Assembly: GCA_013239625.1 (NCBI GenBank)
Contig: MU057350.1
Span: 24,317,167-24,381,166 of the forward strand
Direction of reading: 5' to 3'
Length of the DNA stretch: 64,000 nucleotides
DNA from: Lama guanicoe
Taxonomy: Eukaryota
Shown: positions 1-13,190 of the stretch, in pieces
Position numbering within the stretch: position 1 is the first letter of the stretch
How the letters are laid out: each line of letters begins with the position of its first letter
The notes under the pieces: model-generated
The model's database searches: none
What the model saw: the letters and a program-made list of their open reading frames with translations, nothing else
What the model was told of the DNA's origin: nothing
Position numbers and translations under genes: made by a program

Positions 1-683
1 GTAATGTGACCAAAGTCACACAACTAAAAGGGGAAAGTTTGGAAACAAATGCTAAGGTTGTCTGACTCGAGAGCTCATAATCCTTCTATCAGAACACCAT
101 GGAAAGATTGCAAGTCTAGAAAAATTGCAAATCTAGGACTGTGGGTGACATGCAAGAGTCAAAGCCATCATGGGAATCACATGGTCAGATCACAAGTCAG
201 TAGGAGTGGCACCTGTTTTCATCGATTGCTTACAAGCAAAACTCTACTGCTTATAGTGGAGGAGAAATTCTCAAGTCTTCTCCACACTTTTCATAATCTT
301 CTTGTATCTCTCCTGGGAAAATTCAAGATAAAAACCAAAAATCTTGCAGCGATGAGAAAGAGGAGCACTCAGTAATTGACCTAAGTTTTTCTAGGGTGGT
401 AGTTTTAAAGGGGATCAGGTTATGAAGCTATAAACTGCACAGGTAGGGGTCTATCTTTCATGCACTCTCAAAGTCGGAGCGGTAAGATGGCACAGATGCT
501 TTCCCCTTGGAGCACATTTTGCCAATGTGCAGACTTTGCTCAAAGTCTCTTTTTCCCCTGTTTGAGCTTCTTGACTTGCTCAGGCCCAGAAGAGAGGCAG
601 GCTTGGTGGGGTGAGGGGAGCAGGGTAAATGAACCCTGTCCTCTAATCTGTTGCTCTGGTTCCATTTCCTAGAGTGTGGTATA

Positions 684-703
684 GTGTGTGTGTGTGTGTG
701 TGT
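684..703. repeat. (GT)n microsatellite
   Basis: About 10 GT units. Confidence 0.9.
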
Positions 704-843
704 TATCCTGTTAGAAGGATAAGTTCAGTTATCCTAAGATGAATTTAGGGGAAGTTGTGGCCTTTTCAGCCTATTTTTAACATTGGGCTTTTAAACTAAT
801 TCTAACCTGCCTCTACCTTGGCAAAAAGCTATGTCATGTTGTT

Positions 844-1358
844 CAGCTTAGCTCACTAGACTTCCAAACAGAATTGGGGCCACAACCCAATTCGGTTCAT
901 GGGTCCTCTGGTCAAATACTATGTGATGACTGCAAAACATGTATCTCCAGCTCTGGCATCTCCCTTACCTATAAAATCCATACATAATTGATTCTTTTAC
1001 TTCTCTTCTTGTGGCCTAAATAATCTCCCTTACCTATAAAATCCATACATAATTGATTCTTTTACTTCTCTTCTTGTGGCCTAAATGACATTTAAAATTT
1101 TACATGTTTATTTGTACACTAATATTCAGAGCACAGCTTAGCTCACTAGACTTCTAAACAGAATTGGGGCCACAACCCAATTCGGTTCATGGGTCCTCTG
1201 GTCAAATACTATGTGATGACTGCAAAACATGTATCTCCAGCTCTGGCATCTCCCTTACCTATAAAATCCATACATAATTGATTCTTTTACTTCTCTTCTT
1301 GTGGCCTAAATGACATTTAAAATTTTACATGTTTATTTGTACACTAATATTCAGAGCA
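844..1358. repeat. Tandem duplication of a 225-bp unit with a nested 64-bp duplication in copy 1
   Basis: Copy 1 is 844-1133 (290 bp, inner repeat 958-1021 and 1023-1086); copy 2 is 1134-1358. One substitution seen (cttccaaaca / cttctaaaca). Confidence 0.95.
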
Positions 1359-1800
1359 GCATTATTGATAATGGTCAAAATATGGAAAGAGCATGAATGT
1401 CCATCCTCGGATGAATGGATGAACAAAATGTAGTACATACCTACAATGGAATATTATTCAACATTTAAAAAATAAAATTTTGATATATTCCACAGCATGG
1501 ATGAATGTTAAAGACATGCTAAGTAAAACAAGCCAAACATAGAAGACATATATTATATGATTCCACTTACATGAAGTATCTAGAATGTCAAACCCACAGA
1601 GACAGAAGGTAGGAAAGTAGCTACCAGGGAAGGAAGGGAGGAGCAATGGGGAGTTACTGTTTAATGGGTACAAAGTTGCAGTTTGGGAAAACAAAAAAGT
1701 TCTGGAGATGGATGGAGGGGACTGTTGCACAACAAGGTGAAGGTCCTTCATGCCACTGAGCTCTAAGCTTGAAAATGGTTAAAATGGTAAATTTTATTTC
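1340..1800 (+). mobile_element. Old L1 (L1MB-like) 3' end
   Basis: gatgaatggatgaacaaaatgtagtacatacctacaatggaatattattca...aaaatggttaaaatggtaaatttta. Confidence 0.85.
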
Positions 1801-1899
1801 AATATTTCTTAATATATTTTAATTTTGAAATTTTAAAAATTTATTTTAAAATTCTCAGTTTTATTTTAAATGTTTAAAATAAGTAAATACAATTTAATG

Positions 1900-2775
1900 G
1901 GTATACAATCCAACTCTTGACTCTTAACCAACTCCTCAAATCTGCATCCACTCTAGCTTTTCAAATCCCAACAAATGGCACCATCTACTCAATTCTTCCC
2001 ACCAAATGCCCAAAAACTGTGCCTGATTCTCCATTTTCCATATTCTCTCCCACTGCCAACCTGTCCCAGGCTCTGCCTCCATTCACCTCTCTTTCCCTCT
2101 AAACTACTGCAGTAGCCTCCGTGCCAGCCTCCCTGCCACAACTCTTGCACACAATGGAGCCAGAAACCATAAATCTTTGAAAAACCAATTTACCTCATGT
2201 CCTTTCCTTGTTTAATTCCCCCACTTAATGGTTTCCTATTTCACTTAGTGCAAAATTTTAAATCTTTAGCTGACCTTTAAGGTCCTACGTGATCAGGCGT
2301 CTGCCCAGCTACGTCTTCTCCCTCCTGCCCTCCACTGGCCATTCTCCAGGCAAACTGGGCTCCTTTCTCTTCCTAAAATGTGCTGAGTTCTTCGTTATCG
2401 TATGGCCTTTACACTGACTTTCCTTCTGTCTGGATCACTCCTCCAAGTCCTTACCTGAAGGCTCTTTGTTGACATTCAGGTCTTAATTCAAATTCGCCTC
2501 CATAAGAGGCCTTTTTTGATGCCATTGTCTATACTCCCAACTACCCCATTCCCTCTCATATATCCTGCACTATTTTCTTCGTGTCCCTTATTATTAAGTG
2601 AAAAGATCTTGTTCATGTATTTACTTATTTTCTATGACTGATCTTTCCTAGAAGATTAAAAATCCCATGAGATAAAAGGGGCTTTGTCTGTATTATTTTC
2701 AGTAGGCACAGCCCTGAGACTAGCACTTAACACACAGTTGAGGTTAAATAAGCACTTCTTGAAGGAATGAAGGAG
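1900..2775 (+). mobile_element. L2 (L2a-like) 3' region
   Basis: Pyrimidine-rich L2 body (actactgcagtagcctcc...gcctccctgcc) ending aaataagcacttcttgaaggaatgaa. Confidence 0.75.
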
Positions 2776-5594
2776 AGGGGAAGGGAAAGAGACATGNNNN
2801 NNNNNNNNNNNNNNNNNNNNNNNNNNNNNNNNNNNNNNNNNNNNNNNNNNNNNNNNNNNNNNNNNNNNNNNNNNNNNNNNNNNNNNNNNNNNNNNNNNNN
2901 NNNNNNNNNNNNNNNNNNNNNNNNNNNNNNNNNNNNNNNNNNNNNNCCTAGTAGGGCTCTGGTCTCACTATTCCCATCTGGGTAGTAGAATCATATCCTC
3001 TCCAGACTGAACAACCAAGACTTCAACAACCATTGATGCCAAGCCCCTGCCCAGCACCTGAATCCCTGTTCCTGCACAGCTAGCTGCTTCTATCCCAGGG
3101 AAACCAGCCTCTGCTTCCAGTCCCAACTCTTCACCCATTCAGACCTAAGATTCGCCATCCCTTTCCACTGGCTTCCCATTCTCTGACATTCCCCAAAAGC
3201 TTCTCCGCTGCCTCATCTGCTGCTACCACACTTCATCTCTGATTCCCAACATTTCATTTGGCCTTTGGCTGCATTTCTGGAGTAGTCTTTTTGCGTATTT
3301 TCTGCTTCTTGAGAACAATCTCTGGATGCTCTCGGTGCTCTTGGTCAATGTCACTCCACTCTCCTGGGCACAGTACTAAGCTTGACTGGTGGCTCCTGGG
3401 TCCCAGAAGTCCCTAGGGTACCATAGTAGATCTTCAGAAGAAAACATCTCCCATCATAAGTCCTTATCCCTGGGCCTGAGGTACACACTTTGGAATAGCC
3501 ATTATTTTGGGAGGCTATGAGAATGTTGATCTACTTGTATATAGTAATAGCCCATCTCTAATAACTACAGCCATCTAAGAATTGCCCTGAAAGAAAGTAG
3601 CTGGTACCCTAGATAGAAATATCAAAGTCCTGTATTTCTATACACAGGCGAAAGGCTAAGTTCTAGGTTCTGTGGCTCTAGAGGTGGAAAAATAGGCACG
3701 ATGGGTAAATAAAAAAGTGCGTAACTGCATGTGAGGGCAGAAGAAAAATGTGTTGTTTTGATCTAAAACTGATGTAAGGCTTTGGAATTGTAATTCGTCA
3801 AACCATCCCCCGAATAAATGGCTTAATATTAATACTTCCTTCTTCGTTTATTTCTTTCATTCCTCCCTTAAAGCCACAAAATACTTTGTACAAAATGGCA
3901 TCTACTATATACAAGTAACTTTTTAGCAGAGTGATTCTCATTTGGGAGGGGTTGGAGGGGAAATCTAATACAGAACTGGAGAAGAACAAAGACCCCATAT
4001 GTCACTTCTCTGTTACTTGAGTTCACTCAACACCATTAACTTCCCTTTTGGAACATGAATAAGGCATGAAATTAACTATTTGTTCAGTGTCTGTCTTCTA
4101 CTCCAGACTCAAAGCTCCATGAGGACACAAAGCACTCAGATCTTATATTCCCAACGCTCAGCACAGTGGCTGGTGCAGGTTAGTTGTCTAGCGGACATTG
4201 CTTCAGTGAGTGAATGACCACACATAGAGGATCCTGAACATAATGTTAGCAAGAGGAGAGAAAAGATCATTCTCAAGAATGCAAGATTATTTTCTTGACC
4301 AAGGTGACAAAATTCAACTTCAAATTCACCTTATGCAAATAAAGAGAAAGAAATATCTCCTTCCAATCTGATAACTCACGGTGCATTTCAGATGCTGGGA
4401 TATTTTTCTGTGAACACTTGACTTTAGGACCATGTCTCTTGTCAGTTACTGATATTCCTACACCTATGCAATAAATATTGACTAAATTATATTAAATACC
4501 CCTCAAAAGGCCATTCTCAGAGAAGTCAATGCCTCCTTCTGTTAATAACAAAGGAAAGAAAGCCAGTGTTAGCATCCTCCTCACCACAATAACATCACAA
4601 AAATAACTTCAAATGCTTGTGCACAGTGGCTGCTATAATTGCCTCGAGTCAAGAGATGTAGGAAAGTGAGCAGCGGAGAGTTGGGAAGAAAGAACGGTGA
4701 CACGTCTACAAAATGCTACCGTGTACGTTTTCATATTGCTGGCAGCAAGTTCAAGCCCAGGTGAGTACACCTCACCCAGGCTGCCTGTCCCGGCCTATCG
4801 GACAAGTCTCACTGGTCTGCTTTTTAAGGACAAGGAAGGACACTGCTTGGTGATGTGACCACAAGCTGTTCAGGGGAGAGACTTTGCTCAGCACATTTCT
4901 GCTACCGAGCGAAGCTGGGCTCATTTCAGAGCCACATAAAATAAAGAATCACGCAAANNNNNNNNNNNNNNNNNNNNNNNNNNNNNNNNNNNNNNNNNNN
5001 NNNNNNNNNNNNNNNNNNNNNNNNNNNNNNNNNNNNNNNNNNNNNNNNNNNNNNNNNNNNNNNNNNNNNNNNNNNNNNNNNNNNNNNNNNNNNNNNNNNN
5101 NNNNNNNNNNNNNNNNNNNNNNNNNNNNNNNNNNNNNNNNNNNNNNNNNNNNNNNNNNNNNNNNNNNNNNNNNNNNNNNNNNNNNNNNNNNNNTAGAAAG
5201 TCCAGGCACCTGAAGAATCTGTCTGCTCTTACCCTCAGCCATGCACTGCCCATCAATGAGTGGTCTCGTTCTTTTTAATCATATAGATTTGCAGTACTTT
5301 GGTAAGCTGCAATCAATACGGATTCAGAAGATAAAACTTCTTGTAGACCTCAAAGTGAGGGCCATGAAATATCTCTCTTCCTAAATTTTGGAGTTGCCAA
5401 CGTTATTGCCTATGGAACCCTCCAGTCAGCCTGAAAAGAAAGGCAGCAGTTCAGTCATGCAGCTCCTCAAAGACAGCAGAGAACTTGACAGGAGCATCAA
5501 CAGGGGCCAAGGCAGAGGGGGATATGAATAGTTTCCCCTCACAGGTGAGCCCTGTGACCCCACCTCTGATCCCCACATTTGAGAAGCACAGTTT

Positions 5595-5900
5595 GTCCAT
5601 TATTCACTCAACAAACATCTAATGAGCAGCTATTATGTGCCAGACTCCAGGCCAGGTGGGGTGATTCAGAGATTAGGTAGCATATAGTGTCTGCCCACAG
5701 GAGCTGATGGTCTCATTGGGAAGACAGAGCTGCAAAGAACTAGGTGGGGAATACAGAAAGACCCTGTGGGGACACAGAGGGGCTGACTTAGCTCTCCAGG
5801 GAAGTTCATAGACAGCTTTCCAGAAGAACAGGCGTTTGAATCAAAACTTGAAAGATAACTATGAGTTCACTCATTAGTCAAGAAAGAGAAGGTATGAGCC
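5595..5900 (-). mobile_element. L2 3' end
   Basis: attcactcaacaaacatctaatgagcagctattatgtgccag. Confidence 0.7.
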
Positions 5901-6539
5901 ATATCAGGGTTGGAACTTTGTCCATGTGTCAGTTTTCAAGGCCTTTCCCCAGGCCACAGGCAATGTGATATGGTTTGAGGCCCAGAGTCCTATTTCTATC
6001 TCTGCCTGTAATTAGCTTCTGCACAAATAAGATGTATGTCTGACATTGTGTATACAATCCAATGATGGCTTTGGAATGGGTGATCTTTATAGGTCTTTAT
6101 GACATTAGAATCTCTCTAGGGTTCTTCCCAAACTAAAAATCTACATATAATTCAGAAGTCTTTTATTTCTCTACCCCCAAAACAGTATATAGTGGAACAT
6201 TTTAGGATTTTAGGAGTGGTTTTTGTGTAAGATGGCTTAGCCTAATCATTAGTCAGAGTGACGGGGTGGCCGAAACTTGCTTGCTGTTCCCCTGGAACAC
6301 ATGGAACCTTTGGATTTGTATCAGAGAAGAACTATATCATACGGACTTCAAAATGAAGAACATAGCACAAATAATGGTAGACCAAAGAACTATTTTGACT
6401 ATGGAATGACAGGGTAGACCTGGAGACATGAAAAAGTAACTGTTGCTTTCCAGAGGTCTGATGATGCCATGGGTAATATGCAAGAAGACGGGCTTCTTCA
6501 ACTGGGGTTGTTATTTCACAAGTGCATTGAGGGTACAAA

Positions 6540-6662
6540 AGAGAAGAAGAGATGGAGGGAGGATGGGAGGGAGGAGGGAATAAAGGAGAGAGGTGGCAAA
6601 GAGGGAGAGAAGAGGCAAGAGAAAGGGAGGGAAAGAGGGAAGGAGGAAGGACAGCAGGGAAA
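6540..6662. repeat. GA-rich low-complexity polypurine tract
   Basis: ggagggaggatgggagggaggagggaa...; explains the overlapping low-complexity ORFs here. Confidence 0.85.
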
Positions 6663-7674
6663 AACATTTACCTACTGCAACCAACAGCATCTCTAAACTG
6701 TTTTTATCTCCAGGCTCTCAACAATGATTCACAAATATGCAGCCAGGGCATTATATTTCCAGACTTTTCAGACTCAAGGGGAACAGCATAGGATTACCCA
6801 AGTTGACATCTGACACCGCTAAGCACATAGGAAAAGAAGCAGCTATGATTTATTGCTAAAAACCATATCGTTCACAACAACTCTTAAAGACAGATGCTGT
6901 TCTGTTCATTATATGGACACAGAAAGTGAAGTTCAGAGAAAGTAAACATGTTCAAGGTGATCAGGAGAACAGGTAACAGAGAAAATGTATAAACCTAGCT
7001 GTCTACCTCCAAAGCCCACGTTCTTCCCAAGACCCTGATTCATCTTCAAGAGCATTCACACTCCTGCTTAGGAAGTAGAGAAGAACCTTTTTCTTTCTAC
7101 ATTTTACTTATGCTTTGGAAGACTGCTGATCACAGCTGTGTAGGTGGCCATAGGGGATGAAGTGTCAAAGGAATTCTGGACAGATGCCTGACACCAAGCA
7201 GGGGCCGGTCCCACCAGTGTCTCTTTTCATTTGACCTCACCGTCTCTCATATATCAGTTAATCTTTCCTAGTTTTGAATATTAAAAAACATAGATTCCTA
7301 AGAGGCATCAGCAGTAAGAGAGAAACAGCAGAGCATGCACAAGAGAAAGAAAACTCTTTTTCACTGTAAACAGCCGGGCAGAGAAAATCATCAAACCAGG
7401 AGACAATGGGGTCAACAGATTTTTGGTTTTCTCTTGCTTATGCCAGACCTCTACAAGTTGTTGAATTTCATTGTTTTCCTTGATAGATATTGGCTTTGCT
7501 TGGATGACAATAAATCCATCCTCTTATGAGCAACTACTTCACTGAAGTCAAGAAAACCTATAGACCACCTCCTACAGACCACCTCTCCCATCCAAATTTT
7601 CATTGACCACCTCCAAGAGCCACTTTCATGAATGAACGATGGGGTGAAATCACTCCCATTTGGAGCTAATAAGA

Positions 7675-7860
7675 TAGTAGTCATTCACATTTGCTATGTG
7701 TTTCCTGGATACCAAGCACTGTTTTAAGAGTTTTCTAGGCATCTTTACTTTGTCCTTCCCCGCAGGACTATAAGGTAGATACTCATTATTCCCATTTTAC
7801 AAGATGAGAAAAATTAGACTTGGGAGGCTGTGTTATTTGCCCAAAGCCATGCATCTGATA
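7675..7860 (-). mobile_element. MIR SINE
   Basis: attattcccattttacaagatgagaaaa. Confidence 0.7.
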
Positions 7861-7969
7861 ACATGTCTCAAGGATGGTCTCCTTTGAAAACTCTTGCAGA
7901 GCGCAGCAGATTAGCAACTTGGAGATGATTCTTGAAGGACAACCACATCATCTCATTTTCATTGAGCAT

Positions 7970-8760
7970 AATATTTATTCTTTCACTCAATCAACATTTT
8001 TTTCTAAGCCACTGGGAAAACAGAAACAAGTAGGATGAGATCCTAATCCTCAGGGTTCCTCTTTCTTATAATGAAGAGAAAAACATAGATTTTAACAATG
8101 TGATCAGAGCAATCAGTATGTATGACAGGGGCACAGAAGAGGACCTCCTAACTCAGGGCATCACTGGGGAAAAGGGATGTCAGAGAAGGCTTCTTTGGAG
8201 CAGTTGATGCTAGAATGAATAATCTTGAAGGCAGGTGGAAGATAATGAGGAGGAAAAGGCCAGAAAGCACAAGAAAAAGACAAGGACACATTCTGGGGAA
8301 CTCTATCTAATTTGGTGTGACACAGGGCATCGATAAAGGCAAAAGGGCAAGGGTGACCCTGGGGGAGTGTGTCAAAAGTGTATAAAAAGCCATGTCATGT
8401 GAGACCTTGCTCACTATGCTAATAAATTGGAATTTTATGCTGAAGGCAATGAGAAACCATGAGGGAGTTTTCAGCAGGGGAATGGGAAGAACGAATTTGC
8501 ACTTTTGGACAATGATTCTGCAGCAGACTGAAGACTGGAGTCTGAGAGGCCACTTAGGAGGCTGCCAGAGCCTTACATGTGAGGCAATTGCAGTGGTTAG
8601 GAGGGAAGGGCCAGACACTAGAGATACTGAGAAAAAGAATCAAATCTTATAGCCAACTAATTGAGAGGAAGGGTTTAATATGATTCCCAGTTTTATAGCT
8701 GTGTCAGTTGGGTTCATAAGAAATGGAATTCAATAGAAGAGTCAGATTGGGGAAATTAAA
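7970..8760 (-). mobile_element. L2 relic
   Basis: ttcactcaatcaacattt..., ggaattttatgctgaaggcaatgagaaaccatgagggagttttcagcagggg. Confidence 0.7.
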
Positions 8761-8989
8761 AATGAAAACGCACATGAGGCCTTACAGTTTACAAATGAAA
8801 TTAACAGATAGTATTTTATTCTTTCTTTAAACAATCCTATGAGGCTGCGAGAGCCTCATCTCAGGTGAGAGCCCTGAACAGAGACCAAGTGACTTGCTCA
8901 AGCTCCCACAAGTAGCAGAGGGAAGAACTCTTTCTAAATCTCATTTTCTTTCCACTGCAAAATCAAATATCCATAATAATAGTAGCAAA

Positions 8990-9140
8990 ATAATAACTAT
9001 GATAGCGAATGCATATTGAACACCCAGGACCTCTTCTGAGAAATTCAGATTTATCAACTCACTTAATCCCCACAACAATTCTACCCAGTAGGTATTATCA
9101 CTCCATTTTATAGCTAAAGCAAATGAGGCACAAGGAGGTG
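8990..9140 (-). mobile_element. MIR SINE
   Basis: cacttaatccccacaacaattctacccagtaggtattatcactccattttatag. Confidence 0.7.
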
Positions 9141-9774
9141 TCAGCATTAAGTAGTATCCGTTGGGGCAAAGAATCTGCCTGTTGGCATCCCCCCTGCAGG
9201 GAGGCTCTATCTAGGGCCGCGACAGTCAGAACCACATAGTGGTAAGTCAGCGACTTGACCCATTTTTGTGTTCCTCATGGTGCTTCCAGAGCCTGTGGAC
9301 TGGGGAGGTGGGGGGTGGTTCCAGACACAGGCTCTCATTGCTTTAACCCATATATAAAACTTGAGAGCCTCACTCTACCCTTAATTTCTTGAGTACACCA
9401 ACGCAGATATCCAGGACCTCCTGGCTGGGCTGCTAGAGTGTTGCCTTCTGGAAGCTAGAGCCAGGCTCTACTGATCCAGTTTGCATTTTCAGTAGGGAAC
9501 TATTTTCTAGCAGCTTTAGTGTACCCGGCTCTGCTATCCTAAAATGGGATTAACAACCCCGGGCTTGACTGCCCAATGCATCAGGCTATGGAAACAGCCC
9601 TCTGGAGGACACTGTTCACCAAAAGCCTATTAGCCAATTACTCAGAGCCTGTTTAGTAAATGAGCTTTCTGTGTACTAATTGGAGCACTGTGAAAGTAAA
9701 CTTGCAGTGAGAAGCTAGCTCTCTGTAGCCAGATGCCTCTCTTGGTGCACCCCGGAATCAGGGGTACTGGAGAG

Positions 9775-10003
9775 GCAGGTGGTGTGGTGATGCAGGCACA
9801 AGCTCTCAGCCTGGACTGCCCAGATTTAAATCCCAGCTCTAGTCCAGCTGGGCAGACTTCAGCAAGTTATTCTGGCCTCAGTTTCCTCATCTGTAAAACA
9901 AGGATCATAGGACCTATTTTGGTGGATTTGGAGCCCTCAAATGAGGTAATGCAACTGTGCTCAGCACATAAGGAATAATCAATAAATATTAGCTGATATT
10001 ATT
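9775..10003 (+). mobile_element. MIR SINE
   Basis: Core gcctcagtttcctcatctgtaaaa; tail caataaatattagctgatatt. Confidence 0.85.
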
Positions 10004-12564
10004 TACTGCTCTTGCTTATTTAAGCAGAAAAATCCACTCTATTCCAAAGAATGCAATAGAAAAAAGTTAGAGGAGGGAGAAAAAATTTACTCCAGTTCAA
10101 TTACTCAGGTTCAAGTAGGTAAACTTACTAAGGGCATCTGTGGTTTCTGCTACACCCCTCATTTGGCAATTAAGATATACTCTATTACTACTTTGCATCA
10201 CGGTGTTGCTGAGTGACTTTTCATACACCTAAGCACCAGTTATTTCAGCAACTTGATTCTATGCTTCTTGAAGACAGGTTCCACATACCTTCATGTCCAC
10301 CAGTACCATCCAAACACTCAATAGGTATTTGTTTGCCAACCGATGCTCCTGAGTACATTTCTGTCATTCCTGATGAAAACAGATGGAGTGAATATTGGTG
10401 TGTTGGCTCTACTACCATGAATGTTTAATTATTCAAGATTGAAAGGGCCCAATCAATTTAACCTCTGTCCCTGTTTTGGTGTCAAATTAGACATCCGTAC
10501 AATCAGATCCAGAGAACAGACTGGTCATAGGATAAGCCAAGGCAAGAACTTGCACTTCTTCTGAGACACAGGTAGTTTATTTTATGAGGATTTCACAACA
10601 AAGTTAAAGGAGATGAATGCTAAAGCCTTTGTGATCTTAGTGCCACTGTAGTTGGCCAACAGTTAGCCTAAGAGGTAGAAGAGACTCCGAAAACACACTG
10701 AAGTTCTGCATGAGCTAACTGTAATTGTAATCGAAGCTGTGCAGACTTGACCAAATAATTTTATTGCCTGCGAAACGTGAAGTCTGTTTTGGTACACACG
10801 AGAACAGTATGTTTGGTATTATTGAAATAATATTAACCCAGGTACCGTTTTATGGGCTTGAGGACTTGATCACGCATTGAAAATTATAGTAGTCAAGGTA
10901 AATATTAAAAAGAATCACTTCATAATGTGGTGACAGCCAATGGTTGCTATTCAATCTCTCTTTTTAAAATTCAATCTCTTTTAAAAGCTTAAAAATAGTA
11001 TGTTGATTTGTTTAAAGGAAAAATAAGAAAAAATATGTCACGTCTTTTGTTAAACATAAGTAGCTGTTGAATGGAAAAGTCAGAACTGTGTACTTGTAGA
11101 CCTGTCATTCAAACAGACTTGGGTAAAGAGTTAAATTGCTCTTAATTATCAAGTTTCTATAGAAATAACTTCGTACGTTAAAAAGAGAAGAAAACTCTGA
11201 AATAGCTTCCTGTCTTTAGGGTGGTCATTTTCCTGACTCCACAAGCAGAAGTAAATACAATGTGACCAGCTAATTCCCAGCTGTGTAAAGATTTAAATCC
11301 ATGCCTGAACATTGGACAATCAAATTACGTAGTAGCACAGGAGCCAGAAATAAACCCAACACATAAATGCAGTTTATTCAACATTATTAACACAAATAAA
11401 ATTTACACCTACAGTCCTGTGCATTAAAAATAACTTCCCTCACATCAAATAGCAATATTTTGCTATGCCAATCAAATTAAACCACCAGAAACATATGAAA
11501 AGAAATCAATTGTATAAGAAACCTTTGAAAAGTATGGCATTTATCATGTTTAAGACAGGTTAATTCCAGTTCTAAACAAACTTCCTCCTTCCAAGTTGGG
11601 GCTTTTGTTTTACATTCTTTTCTTTGCTAGAAATGCACACAACACAAACATTCTGTCAATCCAGCCACAAAATCCTTTTTCTCTCACCATATGTGAATTC
11701 AAAGGAGAGAAAAACAAAAACAACATGCACACACACATATAATCCTACTAGACCCAGACAAATTTAACTGTATTGATTTTAGGCAAAAGTGGGACCAAAA
11801 TCTTATGCCAAGAATGAGAGTCTGAATTCTAGAGAGAAATGTTTATAGAAAAGGCCTGTCCCTTTGTTTCCTGTCAACAGCTTCAGAAACTAACTGTAAA
11901 ATCACGTCAACCAATCTACTTGACTGAAGGGAGAGAAGCCATTTTTAATGGCCTTCAAAACCCAACACACCACTCAGTAGATGAAAACTGATGACCCCAA
12001 GTAGAGCACTACTCTGAACAATGACTGCATCATCCACATACCTGAATCCTATTCCTAAATTAGCATCCTCCGCAGCCACATTAGCTCACATTTGAAAGAC
12101 ACAGTCAAGACCCATCTCCCAAGTCATGGACCACAATAGCCGCACTTGCAAGTAATAAGCAGAGGAACAATGTCGGCTCTGAACTGCATACAGAATAGAA
12201 GGGAGGAAAAAGAAATGTATGAGGTGTATATTTTAGAGCAGAAAGAGAACTTACCGATTACCTAGTCTGGTCTTGCAGTTTCCATCACAGGAGAGTGTGA
12301 GAGTACGAAAGTGGAATGCAAAAACTTTCCCCACTGGTAAAGAAGAAATGAATATACCGTGCCAAATGCCCATGGGGCTTCTCAACGTTTGTGTAGGTAC
12401 CTGGTTATTCTTCAAGAAACGGAGTCAAAACTATTGTGTCAAAATTAGGAAAGAAGTTGGCTTTTTAGCTGGGGAGTTGAAATTTGCATTTAGTTAAAAC
12501 TAGTCAGCTGAAACATCAAAGTAAATTTCTTTGTTTTGTCTCAGTTTTATCATAGACATTCTAA

Positions 12565-13190
12565 TTAATTCATCAGGCACTCACTTATTAAGTCGACAAA
12601 TATTTACTGAGAGCTACCAAGTATCACTGCCTTGGCTGCAGGGGTAGAGCAATGAACCAAGCAGAGAAAGTCCCTGGGACAGGGCTGTCAGTAAACAAGT
12701 AGAGACGTGTATATATCAGGTGGTGATAGGTGATATAAAGAGAAAGAAATCAGGGTAGGGATTGTGAAAAAATGCTAGTTTATACAGAATGGTCAAGGAA
12801 AGCCTCACTGATAAAATGATATTTGGACAAGATTTACAAAAGAAAGGGAGCAACTCTGAGACTATGAAATAAGGACATTCTAGGCTAAGGAGAGAGCAAG
12901 TGCACAACTCTCAGATGAAAGCACCTTTGACATGTTCAGGGAACATCGAGAAGCCCAGGCCAGATTTAAATGAGCAGAGAAAAGCGGTAGTGCAGAAGGG
13001 AGAGGGGAATGGGGACCAGGTCAGGTAGGACCTTAGAGGCCACAGCAAGGATGTTGGATACAAGTCTAGTGGGCTGGAAAGTCATTAGAGTGTTTTGAAC
13101 AAAGAAGTAACACTACATAACTTAGCTGTTGTGTGGAGAATGGACCACTAGGAAGCAAGGACAGAGAAGTTTAGAGGGCTACTGGTAATC
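12565..13190 (-). mobile_element. L2 relic
   Basis: acaaatatttactgagagctacca..., ggtcaaggaaagcctcactgataaaatgatatttg. Confidence 0.75.

Noticed and set aside
844-1358. CRISPR-like or satellite array
   Set aside because: Only two copies and no spacers; mammalian context.
2767-5256. ORFs spanning N-runs (also near 15.7k, 40.7k, 54.1k and 59.8k)
   Set aside because: Open only because N codons contain no stops.
6332-6791. Overlapping Pro/Ser- and Glu/Gly/Arg-rich ORFs
   Set aside because: Products of a GA-rich low-complexity tract.
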